NCBI GenBank assembly: GCA_964440405.1
Contig: CAYTSB010000003.1
Location: 1 to 35,312 of the forward strand
Direction of reading: 5' to 3'
Source: an uncultured Muribaculaceae bacterium
Lineage (GTDB): Bacteria > Bacillota_I > Bacilli_A > RF39 > UBA660
DNA: 35,312 nt
A program made the position numbers and the translations under genes. Positions 19,390-27,398 of the stretch are shown one piece after another (position 1 is the stretch's first letter; each line of letters starts with the position of its first letter). The notes beneath the pieces are model-generated. The model worked only from the letters and a program-made list of their open reading frames with translations, was not told the origin of the DNA and made no database searches.

Positions 19390-20139
19390 ATCTATTCTTA
19401 ATTTATCAGCTACAGTAGCAATAAATTCTGAATTAGTTGGCTTAGCTCGATCATAATCAACAGAATGACCAAATATCTCCTCCATTAAATCATAATCTCC
19501 TCGGTTCCAGCTAACCTCAATTGCATGTCTAATAGCTCTTTCAACTTTAGAAGATGTTGTTTCATATTTGATAGCTATTTCCGGATATAATTCCTTAGTA
19601 ATTCCTCCGATTAAACCAGGATTTTCATACATCAAATAAATACTCTCTCTAATATACTGGTATCCTTTAATATGCGAAGGTATTCCTAATGAATGTAGAG
19701 TTTTAGTAATAAGAAGATGAAGATTGGCTGCATTTAAATTAACTGACTTCTTATTTTCAACAACACTCATGCTTTCTAAAATCCTTGATTCTAAATCTTC
19801 AAAATCAAAAGGTTTTAAAATATAGTATTTAACTCCGTAAGCACTTACCTTTCTTAAAGTTTCCTCTTTACCTAATCCAGAAACAACAATAACATTTTGC
19901 ATTTTCTTAAGCCTTGTTAGTTCATCTAAGATATAAAGTCCATCTTTTGATGGCATTACTAGGTCCAGCAAGACCAAATCATACTCTCCTTCATGTTCTA
20001 AAATTGTTTGTAATCCTTCCCTGCCGTCATGTGCTTCTAAAATGATATCAATTACTGCGTGACTACTAAAATATTCTTTTGCCATTTCAATGAGACTTCT
20101 ATTATCGTCAATCATCAAAATGCGAATCTTTTTATTCAT
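19372..20139 (-). CDS. spo0A: Sporulation master response regulator Spo0A
   Basis: Receiver domain (MIDDN, LLDLVMPSKDG, KP) plus the diagnostic Spo0A C-domain: SHIKGYQYIRESI, TTSSKVERAIRHAIEVSWNRG, AKPTNSEFIATVADKLR. Confidence 0.93.
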   Translation of the reverse strand: MNKKIRILMIDDNRSLIEMAKEYFSSHAVIDIILEAHDGREGLQTILEHEGEYDLVLLDLVMPSKDGLYILDELTRLKKMQNVIVVSGLGKEETLRKVSAYGVKYYILKPFDFEDLESRILESMSVVENKKSVNLNAANLHLLITKTLHSLGIPSHIKGYQYIRESIYLMYENPGLIGGITKELYPEIAIKYETTSSKVERAIRHAIEVSWNRGDYDLMEEIFGHSVDYDRAKPTNSEFIATVADKLRIDTKIYS

Positions 20140-20183
20140 ATTTTTCCCTTTCTATTTTACTTCACGCATTTTAATTATAGTTT

Positions 20184-20216
20184 AAAAAAAGACAAAATAC
20201 TAGGAAATACTTTGTC
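20184..20216 (-). terminator. Rho-independent terminator of pgk-tpiA
   Basis: Minus strand GACAAAGTA-tttcctag-TATTTTGTC (9 bp including one G.U) followed by TTTTTTT, 33 nt after the tpiA stop. Confidence 0.65.
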
Positions 20217-20232
20217 AGAATATGTAAAGTTT

Positions 20233-20249
20233 TGTCAATTGTTGTCGAT
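20233..20249 (+). promoter_or_regulatory. Two 0A-box-like heptamers upstream of spo0A
   Basis: TGTCAAT (20233-20239) and TGTCGAT (20243-20249), direct and 10 bp apart. Consensus 0A box is TGNCGAA (5/7 and 6/7 matches). A TATAAT for spo0A lies at 20174-20179 with a poor -35. Confidence 0.25.
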
Positions 20250-20974
20250 TAATAATTTTCAATAGTTGCTTTTAAAATATCATTAGCCACCATAATATTT
20301 AAAGACGATTCACCAATAATGAAGCCGTCACAATTAGCTATTGTATTTAAAGTCATAATATTATAGCCATTGATATTACCACCATATAAAACTGAAACAT
20401 CATAATTAGTTAATCTTTTTACTTCTTTTTTTATTAAATCAATAGTTTCTTCTATTTCTTCATTAGTAATACTTCTATTACCATCCAACCATTCCGGTTC
20501 ATAAGCAATAATAATTTTAGATAACTCTTCCTTTGCTATTTTTGAATATAATTTACTTAAAATTGTCTTAATATAATACTCGGTTCTTTTAATTTTTTTA
20601 TCTTCTAAAGTTTCACCAATGCAAAAAATAACATCCATGTTATTTTGCAAAACATTTCTAACTTTATTAAATACTGTATCTTCATTTATTTTTTCGACTA
20701 TTTTTCTTTCACGATGGTTAACTAAAACATAATCAACACCCATACTATATAATTGTTTAGCAGATACTTCTCCAGTATAATCTCCACTTAGATATTCAGA
20801 AACATTCTGAGCACCCAAACTATAATTTTCACTGCTAAATTTGTAAAGAAAACAAGTTGGTGGACAAATAATAACTTCGGGATTACCCGAAACTATTTTA
20901 ACTAGTTCAGCTTCGTAATCAGTTATTTCCTCTCGATCAAAATTCATTTTTAAATTTAAGACAATTTTTTTCAT
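20249..20974 (-). CDS. tpiA: Triosephosphate isomerase (divergent)
   Basis: NLKMN (Asn/Lys), NHRERK (His) and AYEPEW (Glu) catalytic positions, in the conserved position after pgk. The ATG at 20974 overlaps the pgk TGA (ATGA) behind GAGGAG. The ORF-track extension to 21001 is rejected. Confidence 0.85.
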   Translation of the reverse strand: MKKIVLNLKMNFDREEITDYEAELVKIVSGNPEVIICPPTCFLYKFSSENYSLGAQNVSEYLSGDYTGEVSAKQLYSMGVDYVLVNHRERKIVEKINEDTVFNKVRNVLQNNMDVIFCIGETLEDKKIKRTEYYIKTILSKLYSKIAKEELSKIIIAYEPEWLDGNRSITNEEIEETIDLIKKEVKRLTNYDVSVLYGGNINGYNIMTLNTIANCDGFIIGESSLNIMVANDILKATIENY

Positions 20975-22155
20975 TGAATCTCCTCTATGTTTTCCAAACA
21001 TTTTAAATTAGGATTAGTTAAATATTCCAAAGTGGCTCCACCACCAGTAGAAAGATAATAAAAATGTTTGGCAAAATCAAATTTATTAATAGCACTTAAA
21101 ATATCACCACCACCACCAATCACTTTAGCAGGACTTTTAACTAGCAACTGGCATATCTCTTTAGTCCCAAAACAGAACTTAGGATCTTCATATTTACCCA
21201 TAGTGCCATTAATAAATATTGTTTGAGAATTGTTAATGGCTTTTTTATACTTTTCAATAGTTTTAGGCCCAATATCATAAATAGCATCATTATCACTAAT
21301 TTCAGTTAAGCTTTTTACTTCCGCATAATTATTATTATATTTATTGCCAACTACCACATCTAAAGGAAGCATTATTTTTTCCTTGTTTTCAAGCATTATT
21401 TTACTTACTAAAGGGATTGTGTTAGAATCATAAATTGAGAATCCCACATTGAATTTTAAGGCCTTTAAGAAAGTATTAGCAACGCCTCCCGCCACTAACA
21501 AATAATCACACTTATTAATAATACTCTTTATTAAAGGAATTTTATCTTCAATCTTAGCACCACCCATAATTACTGTATAAGGACGAGGCGGATTAATTAT
21601 TAGAGTATTTAAATATTTTAATTCTTTTTCTACTAAAAACCCAATAACCGAAGGCAAATATTTACTAATACCATAATTAGAAGCATGACACCTGTGAATT
21701 GCGCCAAAGGCATCGTTGACAAATATTTCTCCTAAACCAGACCAATATTCGGCCAATTGTTCATCACAACCGCTTTCTAAGTTATCCGGGACATCTTCAA
21801 ATCTAGTATTTTCAATTAATAAAACATCACCACAATTCATTTTATTAATTTTGTCTTCTAATAACATCCCTCTAGTCTCCTTAGAAAAAATTACTTCTTT
21901 TTTTAATAATTCACTGAGTCTTTTAGCAACTATTTCTAAACTGTTACTTTCTTTATCTTTAACAGTCTTTACTTTACCTAAATGGGACATGATAACTATC
22001 TTGCATGAATGCTCAATCAAATAATCAATGGTGTCTATTGCAGCTACAATTCTAGTATCATCTAAAATAGCATTATCTTTGATTGGAACATTTAAATCAC
22101 ATCTTAATATTATTTTTTTATTATTTAAATCAATATCTTTTATTGTTTTTTTCAT
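20971..22155 (-). CDS. pgk: Phosphoglycerate kinase
   Basis: RCDLNVP, DAFGAIHR, STGGGATLEYL motifs, 394 aa. Confidence 0.97.
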   Translation of the reverse strand: MKKTIKDIDLNNKKIILRCDLNVPIKDNAILDDTRIVAAIDTIDYLIEHSCKIVIMSHLGKVKTVKDKESNSLEIVAKRLSELLKKEVIFSKETRGMLLEDKINKMNCGDVLLIENTRFEDVPDNLESGCDEQLAEYWSGLGEIFVNDAFGAIHRCHASNYGISKYLPSVIGFLVEKELKYLNTLIINPPRPYTVIMGGAKIEDKIPLIKSIINKCDYLLVAGGVANTFLKALKFNVGFSIYDSNTIPLVSKIMLENKEKIMLPLDVVVGNKYNNNYAEVKSLTEISDNDAIYDIGPKTIEKYKKAINNSQTIFINGTMGKYEDPKFCFGTKEICQLLVKSPAKVIGGGGDILSAINKFDFAKHFYYLSTGGGATLEYLTNPNLKCLENIEEIQ

Positions 22156-22253
22156 ATTTTCACCTAATAGTATTATACCTAATTGTTTATAATATTACTA
22201 TAGTTCTTTAAAAAATTATAATTTCATGCTATATTTAAATAGGAGTGATTCAG
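22156..22253. promoter_or_regulatory. Divergent promoter region (pgk leftward, femAB-like rightward)
   Basis: Minus strand TATAAT at 22172-22177. Plus strand TATAAT at 22217-22222. The best -35 candidates for both fall on the same hexamer, 22195-22200 (TTACTA/TAGTAA). All weak matches in AT-rich DNA. Confidence 0.3.
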
Positions 22254-23462
22254 ATGAAATTCATAGAAAACATTAGCGAAAAAGAGTACATAGATTTTTT
22301 TAATAAAAATCCCAACGCTCATTTTTTACAAAGCTATCCCTGGGGAATATCTTGTAAATTAAGCCGAAATCAAATCCCTTATTACATTGGACTTAAAAAT
22401 GAAAATAATCATTTAGTTGCAGCTGCTCTCTTATTAAAAAAAGCAACTCCTTTAAAAATGTGTTATTTTTATGCTCCTCGAGGTTTTATCTTGGATTTCA
22501 ATAACGCTAAAATCTTAAAGGAATTTACCGAAAAATTAAAGCAATTTTTAATTAAAGAAAATGCTATTTATTTAAGAGTTAATCCTGGAATTAAATATCA
22601 GGATATTGATGAAGAAGGCAAAAAAATTGATGGCGGAATTAATAATTATAAAATATATAATCAAATGCTTAAACTTGGCTATCAGCATCAGGGATTTAAC
22701 AAACTATATGAAGGTAATGCTCATCGATATACTTTCAGAATTGATCTTCATGATGAACTGGCTGCAATTGAAGCAAGAATGAGTAAAACATTTATGAAAA
22801 CTATTAAGAGAAGCTATGATTATGATTTGGTAATCAGGGAAAGCAATGATATTAAAGCCTTTCATAATTTAATTCAAAATAATGCTCACAAAAATGATTT
22901 TCATGAATATACTTTGGATTTTTATCAGAATTTTTATAATACTTTTAAAAAATACAAGCAAGCAAAAATTTTTGAAGCAGTTTTGAATCCGGGAAAAGTG
23001 TTAAAGAAATTTAAAGATGAACTAAAAAGTAAAGATTTAAATAGTGCTAATCCCGATATTAAAAATCAAGTTAATCGTTTGGAAAATGATATTGCCTGGT
23101 TAAAGGAAATCAAAGATAAGGAAATAGTCGTCTGCAGCTTAATTTGTGTTTATACCAACTATGCTGCTTGGACTTTATATATTGGCAACGATTATACTGG
23201 AACTAAAACAAGTGCTATCAATCGTCTTTATTATGAATCAATTAAGGATGCTAAAAATATGAACCTGAATTTTATGGATTTATTTGGCACGGTTGGTGAT
23301 CCTCATACTAAATATAAAAATCTAGGTGGACTTTATGAATTTAAAAGAAAAATGGGTGGCGAATACATTGAATTTATTGGTGAATTTGATTTAGTAAATA
23401 AAAATTTTATATATAAAGCATTACCGTTTATTTTAAAAATTTATCGCCAATTAAAAAAGTAG
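22254..23462 (+). CDS. FemAB-family peptidoglycan interpeptide-bridge aminoacyltransferase (FemX/MurM-like)
   Basis: About 400 aa. N-terminal F..N.NAHFLQSYPWG and C-terminal LYEFKRKMGG patterns are typical of FemABX. AGGAG lies 8 nt upstream of the ATG at 22254 (the ORF-track start is an upstream GTG). Confidence 0.8.
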   Translation: MKFIENISEKEYIDFFNKNPNAHFLQSYPWGISCKLSRNQIPYYIGLKNENNHLVAAALLLKKATPLKMCYFYAPRGFILDFNNAKILKEFTEKLKQFLIKENAIYLRVNPGIKYQDIDEEGKKIDGGINNYKIYNQMLKLGYQHQGFNKLYEGNAHRYTFRIDLHDELAAIEARMSKTFMKTIKRSYDYDLVIRESNDIKAFHNLIQNNAHKNDFHEYTLDFYQNFYNTFKKYKQAKIFEAVLNPGKVLKKFKDELKSKDLNSANPDIKNQVNRLENDIAWLKEIKDKEIVVCSLICVYTNYAAWTLYIGNDYTGTKTSAINRLYYESIKDAKNMNLNFMDLFGTVGDPHTKYKNLGGLYEFKRKMGGEYIEFIGEFDLVNKNFIYKALPFILKIYRQLKK

Positions 23463-23467
23463 AGTTT

Positions 23468-24304
23468 CTACTCTAGCTTTGATAATTTATAAGAACTATA
23501 ACATCCAATAATAAATAGCAATATTCCAATGCTGGCATTAGTAAAACTCCAACCCGTAATCGGAATAAATATTGAGACTACTGAACTTAATACAAATCCA
23601 AGAATTGCATAATATGTAATTGTTGGATATTTTTTTAATAAGGCCTCAACTAATTTTGCCATTAAAAATATCCCTGATATGAGACCCAAACCAAATGGTC
23701 CTAAAACTAAAATGTTATGCCAAATATTATCAAAACTGGCTAATTCACTAGTAGCTGCAATTAGTGGTTTGTAATATCCCAATAACATCAATAGAAATGA
23801 ACCACTGATACCTGGAACAACCATTGTTGCTGCTCCAATAATTCCAATGACAAATAATAAGATCATTTTTCCGAAAGTTAAAATGTCTAAATTAACAACA
23901 TTTTCCTTAGGTGTAACTATAGTCATTACTACAACAACAGTAAAAGTTAATAAAAAAGCTAAAAAATATCTCGGTTTAATTTTTTTATTATCAATTTTAT
24001 TATATAAAGCCGGTAATCCACCAACAATTAATCCCGCAAAAAATAAAATAGTTTGAATTTCAAAATTATTCAAAGTATAATCTAATACTTTACTTAATCC
24101 TAAAATTGATATAACTGCTCCAATTCCAATTGGCATTAAAAACAAAATGTTTTCCTTAAATTTTTTAAATAAATGAGTTACGGCTCCAATAATCTTTTCG
24201 TATAGTCCAAAAGAAATTGCCAATGCGCCCCCGCTAACCCCAGGAATAATATTAGCTACTCCAATAATAATTCCTTTTATAAATAATGATACCTGTTTTT
24301 TCAT
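23468..24304 (-). CDS. DUF368 family membrane protein (PopT-type putative undecaprenyl-phosphate translocase)
   Basis: Internal duplication with IPGVSGGALAISFGLYEKI and VPGISGSFLLMLLGYYKPL motifs. Polytopic. Confidence 0.85.
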   Translation of the reverse strand: MKKQVSLFIKGIIIGVANIIPGVSGGALAISFGLYEKIIGAVTHLFKKFKENILFLMPIGIGAVISILGLSKVLDYTLNNFEIQTILFFAGLIVGGLPALYNKIDNKKIKPRYFLAFLLTFTVVVVMTIVTPKENVVNLDILTFGKMILLFVIGIIGAATMVVPGISGSFLLMLLGYYKPLIAATSELASFDNIWHNILVLGPFGLGLISGIFLMAKLVEALLKKYPTITYYAILGFVLSSVVSIFIPITGWSFTNASIGILLFIIGCYSSYKLSKLE

Positions 24305-24370
24305 ACTTCACCTTTATTAATTATACTATATTAGATAAATTTTTAATATATAATTCTAAATTTAATTTAT

Positions 24371-24410
24371 AAAAAAGAAAAGAAATTTTAAATACATCAT
24401 TTCTTTTCTT
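24371..24410 (-). terminator. Strong rho-independent terminator about 160 nt downstream of the histidine kinase
   Basis: Minus strand AAGAAAAGAAAT-(12 nt loop)-ATTTCTTTTCTT, a perfect 12-bp stem, followed by TTTTAT. Confidence 0.65.
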
Positions 24411-24569
24411 AAAGTGTGAGTTTGAGTTCATCTGTTATTTGTTGTAAAAGAGTTTACTATTTTTTTGTTATTGTTTTTTCTATACTATATACACATCATC
24501 TCCTTTGCTATTTAAATAATAACAAAGTAACATGAAATTTATGTGAAGGTATCGTGAAATTCAATTTAT

Positions 24570-25991
24570 TTACAAATTTATGTAAAAATAGAAAGTTGTC
24601 CCTTTACCCTTTTTACTATCTACACCGTATTCAAAATTATGATAGTTTAATATTTCTTTTACAATAGATAAACCAATTCCTGTACCCACTTTATTTCTTT
24701 GATGAAGTTTATTGGTTTTATAATACTTATCCCAAATATATTTTTTTTCATCGGGATCTATTCCTTTACCAGTATCTCTAATCATTATTTTTAATTTATT
24801 GGCAATTTTTTCTATTTCAATATAAACCTTTTTATCTTTGCCAGTATAATTGACAGCATTATTAATTAAATTATAAATAACCTGAGTTATTTTTATTTTA
24901 TCAGCTTTAATTATTTCTTTATTAGGCCCGTGATATATTAATTCGTAGCCATCACTTTTCAAATAGTCATATCTTTTGATAATACCATTTATTTCTTTAA
25001 TTAAATCAAATTCCTCAATGTTTAGACTTTCTTTGGATGCCTGTAATTTTGACAAATCCAAAATATCATTAACAAGTAAATTAAGACGGTCAGTTTCTTT
25101 AATAATAATATCTAAATTCTCTTCTCTTTTTGTTTTATCTTTATAAGTATAATCTTTTACCATTTCAGCATAAGCTTTAATCATTGTTAAAGGCGTTTTC
25201 AAGTCGTGAGAAACATTAGCCATCAAATCTCTTCTTAACTCTAATGTTTTAGATAATTCATGAGTAGCATAATTTAAAGAATCTGCCAGTTCATCCAATT
25301 CTTCAATTCCATTTTTTTCAAATAAAACATCATAATCACCACTGGCTAATTTTTTAGCACTACTAGTCATATTAACAACTGGCGAAGTTATCTTTTTGGA
25401 AATAAAGTAGGCAATAATAAATGATAGGCCCATAACTATTAAAGTTATATAAATTAATTGACTTTTTAAAACAACACTAGTTTCATTAATGTCTTCTAAT
25501 GTTGTAAAAATAAAAATATATTGATTGTTTCTTCTTATTCCATACAATAAAGACTTAGTATTTGAGACTTTATCATTTAATTCTAGTTTATTAAGATCAG
25601 GATTGGTCATCATATCCCTTTTAAAAGCTGCTATTTGAAAATTATTTCTGCCCAATAAGCAAGCTTTAATTTTTGTATTATAGCTTATCTGCATATCACC
25701 AACGATTTGTTCAATACAAATATTATTCTCATAAGCAATAGTTTCTAATAAAACATTTAAATCTTCTTCTGATGATTTCTCAATTTTTCTTTTTATAGAA
25801 TCCATATTGCTAACGGTATATTTTTCATAAAAGAAGTTTAAAAAGCCAATTTGAAAAATCCATAATATAACTAATATTATAGCTGAAAAAGCAATAATTT
25901 TTATTAAAGTATTTAAAATAATACTATTCTTTTTCTTCTTTAATTTCAAATTTATACCCCATTCCCCTAACCGTAACAATATTATTTCCAT
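24570..25991 (-). CDS. Sensor histidine kinase (two TM segments, extracytoplasmic loop, HAMP, HisKA, HATPase_c)
   Basis: H-box SHDLKTPLT, N-box NLINNAVNYT, G1 DTGKGI, G2 GTGIGLSIV. The start is uncertain: the ATG at 25991 overlaps the regulator by 68 nt, while the TTG at 25949 has a GGGG 7 nt upstream. Confidence 0.9.
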   Translation of the reverse strand: MEIILLRLGEWGINLKLKKKKNSIILNTLIKIIAFSAIILVILWIFQIGFLNFFYEKYTVSNMDSIKRKIEKSSEEDLNVLLETIAYENNICIEQIVGDMQISYNTKIKACLLGRNNFQIAAFKRDMMTNPDLNKLELNDKVSNTKSLLYGIRRNNQYIFIFTTLEDINETSVVLKSQLIYITLIVMGLSFIIAYFISKKITSPVVNMTSSAKKLASGDYDVLFEKNGIEELDELADSLNYATHELSKTLELRRDLMANVSHDLKTPLTMIKAYAEMVKDYTYKDKTKREENLDIIIKETDRLNLLVNDILDLSKLQASKESLNIEEFDLIKEINGIIKRYDYLKSDGYELIYHGPNKEIIKADKIKITQVIYNLINNAVNYTGKDKKVYIEIEKIANKLKIMIRDTGKGIDPDEKKYIWDKYYKTNKLHQRNKVGTGIGLSIVKEILNYHNFEYGVDSKKGKGTTFYFYINL

Positions 25992-26595
25992 ACTGTTTTA
26001 ATCTTTTCCTTAAAGTTTTTATATGAGTATCTATTGTTCTATCATCACCATAAAAATCATATCCCCAGATATTTGATAATAACTGTTCACGAGATAAAGC
26101 AATATTTTTATTTTCCATTAAATATTTAAGCAAACTATATTCCTTAGGTGTTAATTCAACTTTATTTTTATTAATATAAACTTCATGAGCTAAATCATCT
26201 AAAATTAGAGTTTTATAAAATATTTTTTTATGATTGTTACTGTTTCTTTTGGTAATCGCTTTAATTCTAGATATTAATTCTCTAGGACTAAAAGGTTTAG
26301 TTAGATAATCATCAACACCTAAATCAAACCCATACAATTTATCAAATTCTTCACTACGGGCTGATAAAATAATAAAAGGAATTGATTTTAAACTTTTAAT
26401 TTCTTTAATTGCCTGATAGCCATCCATTTTAGGCATCATAATATCCATAATTATAATGTCATAATTATTTTTTTTAGCCAATTCAACTGCCTCTAAACCA
26501 TTGCTAGCTTCAGTTACTAAAAAGTCTTCCATTATTGCATATTCTTTTATAACATTCCTAATTAGCTCTTCATCATCAACAACTAATATATGCAT
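25924..26595 (-). CDS. OmpR-family response regulator
   Basis: ILVVDDEE, DIMMPKMDG, TKPF. Winged-helix C-terminus (TPKEYSLLKYL, VRGMGYKF). Start set to the ATG at 26595. Confidence 0.9.
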   Translation of the reverse strand: MHILVVDDEELIRNVIKEYAIMEDFLVTEASNGLEAVELAKKNNYDIIIMDIMMPKMDGYQAIKEIKSLKSIPFIILSARSEEFDKLYGFDLGVDDYLTKPFSPRELISRIKAITKRNSNNHKKIFYKTLILDDLAHEVYINKNKVELTPKEYSLLKYLMENKNIALSREQLLSNIWGYDFYGDDRTIDTHIKTLRKRLKQYGNNIVTVRGMGYKFEIKEEKE

Positions 26596-26664
26596 AAGCA
26601 CCACCAAACTAATTATATTATATCATTGTGAAAATTAAATGAAATTAAAAATAGTAATTACTTA

Positions 26665-27387
26665 CTATTTATTTAAGTTAACATTGTGGTATATTTCACT
26701 AATATCCTCAATATTTTCTAAAAGACTAATAAATTTATTAAATATTACTAATTCCTCATCATTCAAATCTACTTTATCCTTAGAATACATTCCTACTTCA
26801 TCAATTAAGTAATCAGCATCAGGAATAACAGTTTCTATAACATCTTTAACTTTATCTTTATCATTAGGTTTCATTGAAACAGTTATTTCATTTTCTTCTA
26901 CTTCATAATCTATTATTTCAATATTATTATTCAAGATAGTTTCAAACAATTCATCACTTTTTTCATTTTTAATAGTTAAAATAGCTAAGTGATCATAATT
27001 ATATGAAACACTGCCTTGACTTCCCATTTTAGTTTTAGCCTTATTACAAGCTTCTCTAATATAACTGATAGTACGATTAATGTTATCAGTTAAACACTTT
27101 ATAACTAAAGTTGAAATTCCCGGCCCAAAGCATTCATAGTAAACTGTTTCATAATTGATATTATCATTTCCTTTAGCTTTATTAATTGCTCTTTCAATAA
27201 TATCACTCGGAACTTGTTCCCTTTTAGCTTTTTCAACCAACCTTTTTAAAGTTGAATTAGAATTAATTTCAAATCCACCATTTCTTGCTGCTGAATAGAT
27301 TTCTTTAGCATAAGTCGAATATATTTTAGCTTTAACAGCTCCGGTTTTTTGAATACTGGCTTTTCTTACTTCATAAGCTCTTCCCAT
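26665..27387 (-). CDS. yebC: YebC/PmpR (TACO1) family protein
   Basis: The N-terminus fits the family pattern of a basic AxxKxxxKxxxDxxKxKxF-like opening. 240 aa, typical length and domain order. Confidence 0.9.
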   Translation of the reverse strand: MGRAYEVRKASIQKTGAVKAKIYSTYAKEIYSAARNGGFEINSNSTLKRLVEKAKREQVPSDIIERAINKAKGNDNINYETVYYECFGPGISTLVIKCLTDNINRTISYIREACNKAKTKMGSQGSVSYNYDHLAILTIKNEKSDELFETILNNNIEIIDYEVEENEITVSMKPNDKDKVKDVIETVIPDADYLIDEVGMYSKDKVDLNDEELVIFNKFISLLENIEDISEIYHNVNLNK

Positions 27388-27398
27388 ATTATCACCTT

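Noticed and set aside
20213-20219. A third 0A-box-like heptamer (TGTCAGA), 20 bp from the other two
   Set aside because: It is the 5' arm of the tpiA terminator hairpin (pairing with GACAAAA at 20191-20197), which explains it fully, and it matches only 5/7.
20059-20265. 68-aa plus-strand ORF spanning the spo0A start and upstream region
   Set aside because: It overlaps the spo0A receiver domain antisense and runs through the tpiA terminator. No SD.
24411-24500. Mini-ORF (MMCI*) behind AAAGGAG, and a 36-codon ORF (MNSNSHFKK...) in the kinase-DUF368 spacer
   Set aside because: The SD abuts the ATG with essentially no spacer in the first case. The second has no SD and runs through the terminator hairpin. 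No supporting features.
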